A DNA stretch of 64,000 nucleotides, from NCBI RefSeq assembly GCF_963921235.1, contig NC_086097.1, positions 99,326,001 to 99,390,000 of the forward strand, read 5' to 3'. Position 1 is the first letter of the stretch, and each line of letters begins with the position of its first letter. The notes under the pieces are model-generated. The model did no database searches and had not been told where the DNA came from. It was given only the letters and a program-made list of their open reading frames with translations. This DNA comes from Mobula hypostoma. Taxonomy: Eukaryota. Of the stretch, positions 36,965-49,104 are shown one piece after another. Made by a program: the position numbers and the translations under genes.

Positions 36965-38072
36965 ATGGGCTTTAGCAAGGCATTTGACAAGGTCCTGCAT
37001 GGGTGGTTAGTCAAGAAGGTTTAGTTGCTTGGCATTCAAGATGAGGTAGTAAATTGGATTAGACATTGGCTTTGTGGGAGAAGCCAGAGAGTGGTAGTAG
37101 ATGGTTGCCTCTCTGACTGGAGGCCTGTGACTAGTGGAATGCCACAAGGATCGGTACTGGGTCTGTTGTTGATTGTCATCTATATATCAATGATCTGGAT
37201 GATAATGTGATTAACTAGATCAGCAAATTTGCGCATGACACAAGGATTGGGGTGTAGTGAATGTTGAGGAAGACTATCAAAGCTTCCAGTGGGATCTGGA
37301 CCAGCTGGAAAAATAGGCTGATAAATGGCAGATGGAAATTAATGCAGACTAGTGTAAAGTGCTGCACTTCAGTAGGACCAACCAGGGTAGATCTTACACA
37401 GTGAAGGAGTGTGGTAGAACAAAGGGATCTGGGAATACCAGTCCATTATTCATTGAAAGTGGCAGCAAAGAAAGCTTTTGGCACATTGGCCTTCATAAAT
37501 CAAAGTATGGAGTACAGAAGATCGGATATTATTGCGATGTTGGTGAGGCCTAATTTGGCATATTGTGTGTAGTTTTGATCACCTACCTACAGGAAAGATG
37601 TAAATAAGGTTGAAAGAGTACAGAGAAAATTTACGAGGATGTTGCCAGGACTGGAGGGCCTGAGTTATAAGGAAAGATTGAATTGGTTAGGACTTTATTC
37701 CTTGAAACATAGGAGAATGAGAGGAGATTTGATAGAGGTATACAAAATTCTGAGAGTTATAGATCAGGTAAATGCAAGCAGGCTTTTTCCACTGAAGTTA
37801 GGTGAGACTACAACTAGAGGTCATGCGTTAAGGGTGAAAGGTGAAATATTTAAGGGGAACATGAGGAGAAACTTCTTCACTCAGAGGGTCGTGAGAGTGT
37901 GGCACAAGCTGCCAGCACAAGTGGTGCACGCAATATTGATTTTTACGTTTAAGAGAAATTTGGATAAGCGTATGGAGGGCTATGGTCTGGGTGCAGGTTG
38001 GTGGGACGAGGCAGTTTAAGTGGTTTCGGTATACACTAGATAGGTGAAGGGCCTGTACTTTTCTATGACTCT
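36965..38072 (+). mobile_element. CR1 3' fragment, degraded
   Basis: [30 protein letters not shown] and FFTQRVVRVW remnants. Confidence 0.85.
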
Positions 38073-38236
38073 GTTGACTAGTTTTGAATTGTTGTTACTA
38101 TTTCATTTTAGAAAAAAGTAGTCATTATACACATAGCAAGATTCCTCAATCAGTATGTGTTAATGAGCAAAATAATTGTTTTTCTAAATGGTGGACATTG
38201 TGGAATAAATATTGACCACAACATCTTGGATAACTT

Positions 38237-39812
38237 AAACAACAGGAATTCTGCAGATGCTGGAAATTCAAGCAACATACATCAAAGTTGCTGGTGAACG
38301 CAGCAGGCCAGGCAGCATCTATAGGAAGAGGCGCAGTCGACGTTTCAGGCCGAGACCCTTCGTCAGGACTAACTGAAGGAAGAGTGAGTAAGGGATTTGA
38401 AAGCTGGAGGGGGAGGGGGAGATGCAAAATGATAGGAGAAGACAGGAGGGGGAGGGATGGAGCCGAGAGCTGGACAGGTGATAGGCAGAAGGGGATACGA
38501 GAGGATCATGGGACAGGAGGTCCGGGAAGAAAGACGGGGGGGGGTGACCCAGAGGATGGGCAAGAGGTATATTCAGAGGGACAGAGGGAGAAAAAGGAGA
38601 GTGAGAGAAAGAATATGTGCATAAAAAAGAGTAACAGATGGGGTACGAGGGGGAGGTGGGGCCTAGCGGAAGTTAGAGAAGTCAATGTTCATGCCATCAG
38701 GTTGGAGGCTACCCATACGGAATATAAGGTGTTGTTCCTCCAACCTGAGTGTGGCTTCATCTTTACAGTAGAGGAGGCCGTGGATAGACATGTCAGAATG
38801 GGAATGGGATGTGGAATTAAAATGTGTGGCCACTGGGAGATCCTGCTTTCTCTGGCGGACAGAGCGTAGATGTTCAGCAAAGCGGTCTCCCAGTCTGCGT
38901 CGGGTCTCACCAATATATAAAAGGCCACCTCGGGAGCACCGGACGCAGTATATCACCCCAGTCGACTCACAGGTGAAGTGATGCCTCACCTGGAAGGACT
39001 GTTTGGGGCCCTGAATGGTGGTAAGGGAGGAAGTGTAAGGGCATGTGTAGCACTTGTTCCGCTTACACGGAAAAGTGCCAGGAGGGAGATCAGTGGGGAG
39101 GGATTGGGGGGACGAATGGACAAGGGAGTTGTGTAGGGAGCGATCCCTGCGGAATGCAGAGAGAGTGGGGGAGGGAAAGATATGCTTAGTGGTGGGATCC
39201 CATTGGAGGTGGCGGAAGTTACGGAGAATAATATGTTGGACCCGGAGGCTGGTGGGGTGGTAGGTGAGGACCAGGGGAACCCTATTCCTAGTGGGGTGGT
39301 GGGAGGATGGAGTGAGAGCAGATGTACGTGAAATGGGGGAGATGCGTTTAAGAGCAGAGTTGATAGTGGAGGAAGGGAAGCCCCTTTCTTTAAAAAATGA
39401 AGACATCTCCCTCGTCCTAGAATGAAAAGCCTCATCCTGAGAGCAGATGCGGCGGAGACGGAGGAATTGCGAGAAGGGGATGGCGTTTTTGCAAGAGACA
39501 GGGTGAGAAGAGGAATAGTCCAGATAGCTGTGAGAGTCAGTAGGCTTATAGTAGACATCAGTGGATAAGCTGTCTCCAGAGACAGAGACAGAAAGATCTA
39601 GAAAGGGGAGGGAGGTGTCGGAAATGGACCAGGTAAACTTGAGGGCAGGGTGAAAGTTGGAGGCAAAGTTAATAAAGTCAACGAGTTCTGCATGTGTGCA
39701 GGAAGCAGCGCCAATGCAGTCGTCGATGTAGCGAAGGAAAAGTGGGGGACAGATACCAGAATAGGCACGGAACATAGATTGTTCCACAAACCCAACAAAA
39801 AGGCAGGCATAG
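38237..39812 (-). mobile_element. Penelope-like element (Neptune type), 5'-truncated
   Basis: Open 374-aa frame with RYIDD (RT), Cys linker CKRNKCYTC and GIY-YIG (VIY...YIGET). 12-bp TSD cttggataactt (38225-36, 39813-24). Confidence 0.93.
38335..38370 (-). ncRNA. Minimal type I hammerhead ribozyme in Penelope pseudo-LTR
   Basis: AGUC-CUGACGA-AGGgucucggCCU-GAAA-C-GUC-GACU on the minus strand. Confidence 0.75.
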
Positions 39813-40123
39813 CTTGGATAACTTGCTCATCTTCAAAATAGAGCTGTTATCTTTTATGTCCAAGTGCAAAGACATACAGGACTTTAATTGAATGCTTTAT
39901 TTCAACATTTCCCTATTAGGCAATCTAGTGCTAACTCTGCACCACATTCAACAGTGATGCACTGGAGTGTTAGGTTAGATTTAAGTGCTCATTGAAATCC
40001 ACAGCCATTTGAGATTAGCACCAACCCATTTAACCACAGTTTACTTACATCATGGACACAACTCTTACAATTTCCTTTGTTGTCTTCAGCAGGTAATTTC
40101 CCTTGCAGTTAAGTGACTTTTCT

Positions 40124-43100
40124 ATCCCAGACCCTTCCACACCTTCGGAACACTTCCTTCGCCGTCTGTAATGGTCCTACCCGTTATTTCATCCTCCGTC
40201 GGATTCACGCATGCAATCGCCGTTTTTTTGACTTTGTCATGTTAGGCAAAGTTTGCAAGATCCTACATCTATGGACTCCAGAGCCTGCTGGCCATGAAAC
40301 TAGCAGGCATGAACTTCAGATTGCCTCTGCCGTTGATCTCGCTGGCTCCAACACCTCAGGGCATATTCAAAACCCGGACTCCAGCAACGAGCATGGACAC
40401 ATTCAAAGTGATTGCGCAACCACCAACTGCGACTCCAGCCTTGAACTCCAGGCTGGGTCTTTATGTGCTGCTGTTGTGACTCCTGTCTCCCCTTCCCGCA
40501 CCAATACTCTGCAATCCCATCTCCTTCAGATCCCATCATCAGCTCCTGGGCCCTCAGAGGCTCCATCTTCCTCTCACCCCAACCCTCCCTTCTCCATTGA
40601 CACCCTCAGCCTCCCCCCTCCCCCCTCTGATCCCAGCTCTCATCCGTGCCGGGTCTTTACCATCCCCTCTGACCTTCAACTGTCGGAGGCAGAACGCTCT
40701 GTCCTCAGTAAGGGCCTCACCTTTGTCCCCCTTCGCCCACACCTCAGCGAGTTCCGTGTTCGCCACGATGCGGAACTCTTCTTCCGCCGTCTCTGTGCCT
40801 ACTTCTTCGGCAAGGACTCTTCCACCCCCACCGATGACCCCTTCTCCTGTCTTCAACCCTCCTCTTCTTCATGGACACCCCGCTCTGGTCTTCTGCCTGC
40901 TCTGGATCTCTTTATTGCTAACTGCCGACAGGACATCAACCGTCTCGACTTCACCGCACCTTGTCCCCATTCCAACCTCACTCCTTCAGAATGCTCTGCT
41001 CTCCACTCCCTCCGCACTAATCCTAACCTTATTATTAAACCCGCCGATAAGGGGGGTGCTGTTGTAGTCTGGCACACTGACCTCTACCTTGCCGAGGCAT
41101 AGCGACAACTCGCGGATACCTCCTCTTATTTACCCCTCGATCGTGACCCCACTAAGGAGAACCAGGCCATTGTCTCCTACACCATCACCAACTTTATCCG
41201 CTCAGGGGATCTCCCGTCCACTGCTACCATCCTTATAGTTCCCACACCCTGCACTTCCCGTTTCTACCTCCTACCCAAGATCCACAAACCTGCCTGTCCT
41301 GGCCGACTTATTGTCTCAGCTTGCTCCTGCCCCACCGAACTCGTTTCTGCATACCTCGACACGGTTTTATCACCCCTTGTTCAATCCCTTCTGACCTATG
41401 TTCGTGACACTTCTCACGCTCTTAAACTTTTCGATGATTTTAAGTTTCCCGGCCCCCACCGCTTTATTTTCACCATGGATGTCCAGTCCCTATATACTTC
41501 CATCCCCCATCAGGAAGGTCTCAAAGCTCTCCGCTTCTTTTTGGATTCCAGACCTAATTAGTTCCCCTCTACCACCACTCTGCTCCATCTAGCGGAATTA
41601 GTCCTTACTCTTAATAATTTCTCCTTTGGCTCCTCCCACTTCCTCCAAACTAAAGCTGTAGCTATGGGCACCTGTATGGGTCCTAGCTATGCTTGCCTTT
41701 TTGTTGGCTTTGTGGAACAATCTATGTTCCATGCCTATTCTGGTATCTGTCCCCCACTTTTCCTTCGCTACATCGACGACTGCATTGGCGCTGCTTCCTG
41801 CACACATGCAGAGCTCGTCGACTTTATTAACTTTGCCTCCAACTTTCACCCTACCCTCAAGTTTACCTGGTCCATTTCCGACACCTCCCTCCCCTTTCTA
41901 GATCTTTCTGTCTCTGTCTCTGGAGACAGCTTATCCACTGATGTCTACTATAAGCCTACTGACTCTCACAGCTATCTGGACTATTCCTCTTCTCACCCTG
42001 TCTCTTGCAAAAACGCCATCCCCTTCTCGCAATTCCTCCGTCTCCGCCGCATCTGCTCTCAGGGTGAGGCTTTTCATTCTAGGACGAGGGAGATGTCCTC
42101 CTTTTTTAAAGAAAGGGGCTTCCCTTCCTCCACTATCAACTCTGTTCTTAAACGCATCTCCCCCATTTCACGTACATCTGCTCTCACTCCATCCTCCTGC
42201 CACCCCACTAGGAATAGGGTTCCCCTGGTCCTCACCTACCACCCCACCAGCCTCCGGGTCCAACATATTATTCTCCGTAACTTCTGCCACCTCCAACGGG
42301 ATCCCACCACTAAGCACATCTTTCCCTCCCCCACTCTCTCTGCTTTCCGCAGGGATCGCTCCCTACGTGACTCCCTTGTCCATTCGTCCCCCCCATCCCT
42401 CCCCACTGATCTCCCTCCTGGCACTTATCCTTATAAGCGGAACAAGTGCTACACATGCCCTTACACTTCCTCCCTTACCACCATTCAGGGCCCCAAACAG
42501 TCCTTCCAGGTGAGGCGACACTTCACCTGTGAGTCGGCTGGGGTGATATACTGCGTCCGGTGCTCCCGATGTGGCCTTTTATATATTGGCGAGACCCGAC
42601 GCAGACTGGGAGACCGCTTTGCTGAACACCTATGCTCTGTCCGCCAAAGAAAGCAGGATCTCCCAGTGGCCACACATTTTAATTCCACATCCCATTCCCA
42701 TTCTGACATGTCTATCCACGGCCTCCTCTACTGTAAAGATGAAGCCACACTCAGGTTGGAGGAACAACACCTTATATTCTGTCTGGGTAGCCTCCAACCT
42801 GATGGCATGAATATCAACTTCTCTAACTTCCGCTAATGCCCCACCTCCCCCTCGTACCCCATCCGTTATTTATTTTTATACACACATTCTTTCTCTCACT
42901 CTCCTTTTTCTCCCTCTGTCCCTCTGAATATACCCCCTGCCCATCCTCTGGGACCCCCCCCCCTTGTCTTTCTTCCCGGACCTCCTGTCCCATGATCCTC
43001 TCGTATCCCTTTTGCCTATCACCTGTCCAGCTCTTGGCTCCATCCCTCCCCCTCCTGTCTTCTCCTATCATTTTGGATCTCCCCCTCCCCCTCCCACTTT

Positions 43101-43260
43101 CAAATCTCTTACTCACTCTTCCTTCAGTTAGTCCTGACGAAGGGTCTCGGCCTGAAACGTCGACTGTACCTCTTCCTAGAGATGCTGCCTGGCCTGCTGC
43201 GTTCACCAGCAACTTTGATGTGTGTTGCTTGAATTTTCAGCATCTGCAGAATTCCTGTTG
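40124..43260 (+). mobile_element. Penelope-like element (Neptune type), long copy with stops
   Basis: LSKGLTFVP, IIKPADKGGAVVV, MGT.MGPSYA.LF, RYIDD and GIY-YIG; in-frame stops at about 41100 and 41560-41590. ttttct is repeated at both junctions (40118-23, 43261-66). Confidence 0.93.
43130..43165 (+). ncRNA. Minimal type I hammerhead ribozyme in Penelope pseudo-LTR
   Basis: Stem I AGUC/GACU, core CUGACGA 43134-40, stem II AGG/CCU, GAAA 43154-57, palindromic ACGU in place of stem III. Predicted cleavage after GUC at 43161. Confidence 0.78.
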
Positions 43261-44806
43261 TTTTCTGATTGGAGTTTTGTCAACATTTTAGTCCCTTTTT
43301 AGATATTAAGATTGCTGTAATATATTTCCTCTTCCTTAGTAGAGTTGAATATCAACAAAATAATCCCTCATTTGAAATGTTTTGCTGATTCACAGCTCTG
43401 GTAAAGAACAACTTAAATCCCACCATCCTGGCTAGGTCAATGGTAATTAAAGGAGAGCTTCTTTAGCTGATCAGGCTGACAAAATGACCTTTACCAAGTT
43501 TCTTTGTTGCCCACATTAATACATGTTTGCCACTTACTCATTTTATTGTCATGTGCTCTTCATGATTGTAACCTGAATATCATATACCCCTTAAACCACG
43601 ACTCATGCCCCCCCTTACCCACCAACGTCCATCTTATGAACCAAGTAAATCAGTTAGTGCCACACCCCAATCTTCAGCTTAGTGGACTTAATGACTAAAA
43701 ATCTGAGTTCATATTAAATGGGCCCAGTTGAGGCTACAATGGTCAATAAATTTAAAATTTTCATACACACTTGAGTAATAACATTTATTGTCAGAAGCAT
43801 CTACATGTAGGATTCAGTCAAACTCCAAAGAAAATCAACTATATGCTTACAGAGTCACATCAAACAAATTTGAAAGTAAGTGTCTGTTCTATATTCATAG
43901 TCGGTGATGCCATAATATCTGCCCTAGCTTTTGTGTAGTCCAGTTTTTCTAGTAAACATGTTTCTTTAATAAAGATATCTGCCTGCAGGAGTGAACATCA
44001 CAGTCCTATCCTCTTATAATCAGTGGACACTGCCTGCGGTGATCAGTAAATAATTTTTACCTATTTTGTTTGAAAACCTACTCTTCGATCTAGACATGAA
44101 AAATGAAAACACGTTCAGTAAGTGGAAGTGGTTTCATTTATAAGATTTTAAAAACTGATTAAAAAAACCCAAAGTACCTGTGACACCTGCATTCAAGATG
44201 AGTCTCAGAATTTTAGAACACAAAAGGGTGAAGGTTTTTCCTTTACCCTATGCCTTCTCTCCAAAAGAACACTCACCTATTATCCTTTTTTATGCCTTTT
44301 CCTGTTCAGTCCATCATTTGCTTTGACAGACATAGCAGACATTTTTGCCCTAATATCCTAAATTATTTATTTTTAAAATACGTTTTGTAACATCAATAAT
44401 GTAATAAAGCTATGTCTTTATTAATTTGTGTGACATTGCTGTAAGATCTCTAGAATTAAAGGGTAAAAGAAGGACTTAGTTCACCAGGATATGAAGCTGT
44501 TTACCAAATGGTGAAAAAATATGTAAATATTGAAAAGAAATGTTATGAATTGGATAGAATTAGGTCACACTGTTTTCCAACCCTGCATTGAGCTGTATCA
44601 ATCTCTACTGGAACATATATTCCCCAACAAACTGGGTATGCAACCTCTTTAAACTAATACACAAGACTGATGAGCAGGTGCGACGTTGCACCAGTAAAGC
44701 AGACTGAAAACAGCTGCTCAGCTGATCTCCCTGTTAGGCAATCTAGTGCTAACACTGCATACATGAATTATATCTGACCAGATATCATTGAAAGCTCAGT
44801 ATTAAG

Positions 44807-45058
44807 TTATAATAAAGTGACTTCCTGAAGGCCATCCATAGCCTGTTGAGTTAGCCCAGGAACTGGGTCCTCTGTCACCTCGTCAGGCAGTGTGGGTGAC
44901 AATTCGCATACTCTTGTTTCTGTTGGAGTGCACACTGCACCTTCACAATGCAATTTCTCCCGCTCTTGGGTGAACTTAGTATTCAAGATCAGTTCCGATA
45001 TCTCCTGAGGCAAGGCCTTCATTTTTGCTTCATACTCGTTCTGAGCCTCCAGCTGGTA
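44807..45058 (-). CDS. Probable terminal coding exon of an unidentified gene (83 aa plus stop)
   Basis: Branch-like tttaac, polypyrimidine tract and ttag acceptor, then phase-0 YQLEAQNEYEAKMKALPQEISELILNTKFTQEREK...LQEVTLL*. Downstream AATAAA at 44422-44417 and 44371-44366. Not repeat-like. Confidence 0.6.
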   Translation of the reverse strand, partial: YQLEAQNEYEAKMKALPQEISELILNTKFTQEREKLHCEGAVCTPTETRVCELSPTLPDEVTEDPVPGLTQQAMDGLQEVTLL

Positions 45059-45536
45059 CTAAATTTAGAAAACAACAAGAGAGAAACAGTTAAATGGGAT
45101 GCTGAAATGGGATTTTTTTGTACATCATGTTGATTACAGATTGGGTGAAACATTAATTATGCTTAAAGTGAAAGGTCTCTACATGAACTGTTGACTGTTT
45201 ATTCCTCTCCATAGATGCTGCCCGCCCTACTGAGTTCCTCCAGTGTTTTGTGTGTTGCTCTGAGTGGCTGAGCTACCAGAGGAAATAGGCTTTCTGTCTT
45301 ATCTGTAACATACTTTATGTTTAACTCCTCATCTTCTGAACTTAGTGGTCATCTCATATTGGGCAGTGCCGCCCTGCTTTTTATAGGGGGAATGCTCGAT
45401 TATTAAAGATGTTATCTTTCAGATGACATGTGAAATTAAGCCCTTGCCTGCACGCTCATGGATGCATTAGATTCCATAGTCTTACTTAAAGAAGAGAAGA
45501 TATCACATTGTTGGCATAGTCCATATGATCTTTCAG

Positions 45537-48392
45537 AAACATAGAAAATAGGTGCAGGAGTAGGCCATTCAGCCCTTCAAGCCTGCACCGCCATTCAGTA
45601 CGATCATGGCTGATCATCCAACTCAGAACCCTGTACCCGCCTTCCCCCCATACCCTCTGATCCCTTTAGCCACAAGGGCCATATCTAACTCCCTCTTAAA
45701 TATAGCCAATGAACTGGCCTCAACTGTTTCCTGTGGCAGAGAATTCCACAGATTCACCATTCTGTGTGAAGAAGTTTTTCCTAATCTCAGTCCTAAAAGG
45801 CTTCCCCTTTATCCTCAAACTGTGACCCCTCATTCTGGACTTCCCCAACATCGGGAACAATCTTCCTGCATCTAGCCTGTCCAATCCCTTTAGGATTTTA
45901 TACATTTCAATCAGATCCCCCCTCAATCTTCTAAATTCCAACGAGTATAAGCCTAGTTCATCCAGTCTTTCATCATATGGAAGTCCTGCCATCCCAGGAA
46001 TCAATCTGGTGAACCTTCTTTGTACTCCCTCTATGGTAAGGGTGTCTTTCCTCAGATTAGGGGACCAAAACTGCACACAATACTCCAGGTGTGGTCTCAC
46101 CAAGGCTTTTTACAACTGCAGTAGTACCTCCCTGCTCCTGTCCTCGAATCCTCTTGCTATAAATGCCAGCATACCATTCGCCTTTTTCACCGCCTGCTGT
46201 ACCTGCATGCCCACTTCCAATGACTGGTGTATAATGACACCCAGGTGTCTCGTTGCACTTCCCCTTTTCCTAATCGGCCACCATTCAGATAATAATCTGT
46301 TTTCCTATTTTTGCCACCAAAGTGGATAACTTCACATTTATCCACATTAAATTGCATCTGCCATGAATTTGCCCACTCACCCAACCTATCCAAGTCACTC
46401 TGCATCCTCTTAGCATCCTCCTCACAGCTAACACTGCCGCCCAGCTTCGTGTCATCCGCAAACTTGGAGATGCTGCATTTAATTCCCTCATCCAAGTCAT
46501 TAATATATATTGTAAACAACTGAGGTCCCAGCACTGAGCCTTGCGGTACCCCACTAGTCACTGCCTGCCATTCTGAAAAGGTCCCGTTTATTCCCACTCT
46601 TTGCTTCCTGTCTGCCAACCAATTCTCTATCCACATCAATACCTTACACCCAATACCATGTGCTTTAAGTTTGCACACTAATCTCCTGTGTGGGACCTTG
46701 TCAAAAGCCTTTTGAAAATCCAAATATACCACATCCACTGGTTCTCCCCTATCCACTCTACTGGTTACATCCTCAAAAAATTCTATGAGATTCGTCAGAC
46801 ATGATTTTCCTTTCACAAATCCGTGCTAACTTTGTCCGATGATTTCACCGCTTTCCAAATGTGCTGTTATCACATCTTTGATAACTGACTCTAGCAGTTT
46901 CCCCACCACCGATGTTAGGCTAACCAGTCTATAATTCCCTGGTTTTGCTCTCCCTCCTTTTTTAAAAAGTGGGGTTACATTAGCCACCCTCCAATCCTCA
47001 GGAACTAGTCCAGAATCTAAAGAGTTTGAAAAATTATCACTAATGCATCCACTATTTCTTGGGCTACTTCCTTAAGCACTCTGGGATGCAGACCATCTGG
47101 CCCTGGGGATTTATTCGCCTTTAATCCCTTCAATTTACCTAATTGAATTACCACTTCCCTACTAACATGTATTTCCCTCAGTTCCTCCATCTCACTGGAC
47201 CCTCTGTCCCCTACTATTTCCGGAAGATTATTTATGTCCTCCTTAGTGAAGACAGAACCAAAGTAATTATTCAATTGGTCTGCCATGTCCTTGTTCCCCA
47301 TAATCAATTCACCTGTTTCTGTCTGTAGGGGATCTACATTTGTCTTAACCAATCTTTTTCTTTTCACATATCTATAAAAGCTTTTACAGTCAGTTTTTAT
47401 GTTCCCTGCCAGTTTTCTCTCATAATCTTTTTTCCCCTTCCTAATTAAGCCCTTTGTCTTCCTCTGCTGAACTCTGAATTTCTCCCAGTCCTCAGGTGAG
47501 CCACTTTTTCTGGCTAATTTGTATGCTTCTTCTTTGGAATTGATACTATCCCTAATTTCCCTTGTCAGCCACGGGTGCACTACCTTCCTTGATTTATTCT
47601 TTTGCCAAACTGGGATGAACAATTGTTGTAGTTCATCCATGCGATCTTGAAATGCTTGCCATTGCATATCCACCGTCAACCCTTTAAGTGTCATTTGCCA
47701 GTCTATCTTAGCTAATTCACGTCTCATACCTTCAAAGTTACCCTTCTTTAAGTTCAGAACCTTTGTTTCTGAATTAACTATGTCACTCTCCATCTTAATG
47801 AAGAATTCCACCATATTATGGTCACTCTTACCCAAGGGGCCTCTCACGACAAGATTGCTAATTAACCCTTCCTCATTGCTCAATACCCAGTCTAGAATAG
47901 CCTGCTCTCTAGTTGGTTCCTCGACATGTTGGTTCAAAAAACCATCCCGCATACATTCCAAGAAATCCTCTTCCTCAGCACCCATACCAATTTGGTTCAC
48001 CCAATCTACATGTAGATTGAAGTCACCCATTATAACTGCTGTTCCTTTATTGCACACATTTCTAATTTCCTGTTTAATACCATCCCCAACCTCACTACTA
48101 CTGATAGGTGGCCTGTACACAACTCCCACCAGCGTTTTCTGCCCCTTAGTGTTATGCAGCTCTACCCATATCGATTCCACATCCTCCCGGCTTATGTCCT
48201 TCCTTTCTATTGCGTTAATTTCCTCTCTAACCAGCAACGCCACCCCACCTCCTTTTCTTTCATGTCTATCCCTCCTTAATATTAATATCCCTGAATGTTG
48301 AGCTCCCATCCTTGGTCACCCTGGAGCCATGTCTCTGTGATTCCAACTATATCATATTCATTAATAACAATCTGCACTTTTAATTCATCCAC
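45537..48392 (-). mobile_element. Young CR1 LINE, most of ORF2 with frameshifts
   Basis: APE motifs (GGGVAL, VYRPP, MGDFN, SDH), RT motifs ([12 protein letters not shown]) and a ctatgtttct tail. Confidence 0.95.
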
Positions 48393-48967
48393 CAAAGTCT
48401 CCAGAAAAGATTGCAGTACCTAGGAAAGTCATTAGTCAAAACTCTATGGGAGTGGGTACATTGCAAAAGTATTTCATTGACTGTGAACTATTCAGAAATT
48501 AAAGTGTATCCTTGGAAGAAAAGAGATTTTAGAAATCTCAAAGCAGGAGTCTCAAGCTTTCAGTCCTACACTTTCAAGTGTCTGCACAGGCTACCATGAG
48601 ATTTAGGTTAAGTGACTTTTCTAATTGGATTTTTGCCAACATTTTAGTCCCTTTTTAAATATTAAAATTATTGTACTATAATTCCTCTTCCTTAATGGAG
48701 CTGAATATCTAGAAAGTAATTCCTCATTTGAAGCATTTTGCTGATTCACAGTACAGACAAGGAACAACTTAAATCCCACCATCCTTGCTGGGTCAATGGT
48801 AATTAGAGCAGAGCTTCTATAACTGGTCAGGCTGACAAAATGACCTTTACCAAGTTCCTTCGTTGCCCACATCAATACATGCTTGCTACTTATTTGTTTT
48901 ATTGTCACATGTGCTCTTCATGATTGTAACCTAAATATTATATACCCCTGCTGACTCCAATGCTAGC

Positions 48968-49100
48968 AGTCCTGATGAAGGGTCTCAGCCAAGATATCGT
49001 CTTTACTCTTTTTCATAGATGCTGCTTGGCCTGCTGAGTTCCTCCAGCATTTTATGTGTGTTGCTTGGATTTCCAGCATCTGCAGATTTTACTCTTGTCT
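48968..49100 (+). mobile_element. Short Penelope 3' end beginning at a degenerate hammerhead
   Basis: cagtcctgatgaagggtctcagcc...catagatgctgc...ccagcatctgcag. Confidence 0.75.
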
Positions 49101-49104
49101 GAGA

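Noticed and set aside
40040..40100. Splice-like motifs: plus-strand ttcagcag|gtaat and minus-strand gat|gtaagt
   Set aside because: No partner exon or supported reading frame, and such motifs occur by chance.
40113..42836. Intact autonomous Penelope ORF
   Set aside because: In-frame stops split the frame and the 5' end appears truncated.
38237..43260. A single Penelope insertion with inverted LTR, or a TIR transposon
   Set aside because: Each arm has its own junction duplication and the spacer is host DNA homologous to 44728 and 48607.
48621..48908. 95-aa minus-strand ORF in the duplicated block
   Set aside because: The homologous copy at 43267-43590 has several stops in this frame and no convincing splice signals flank it.
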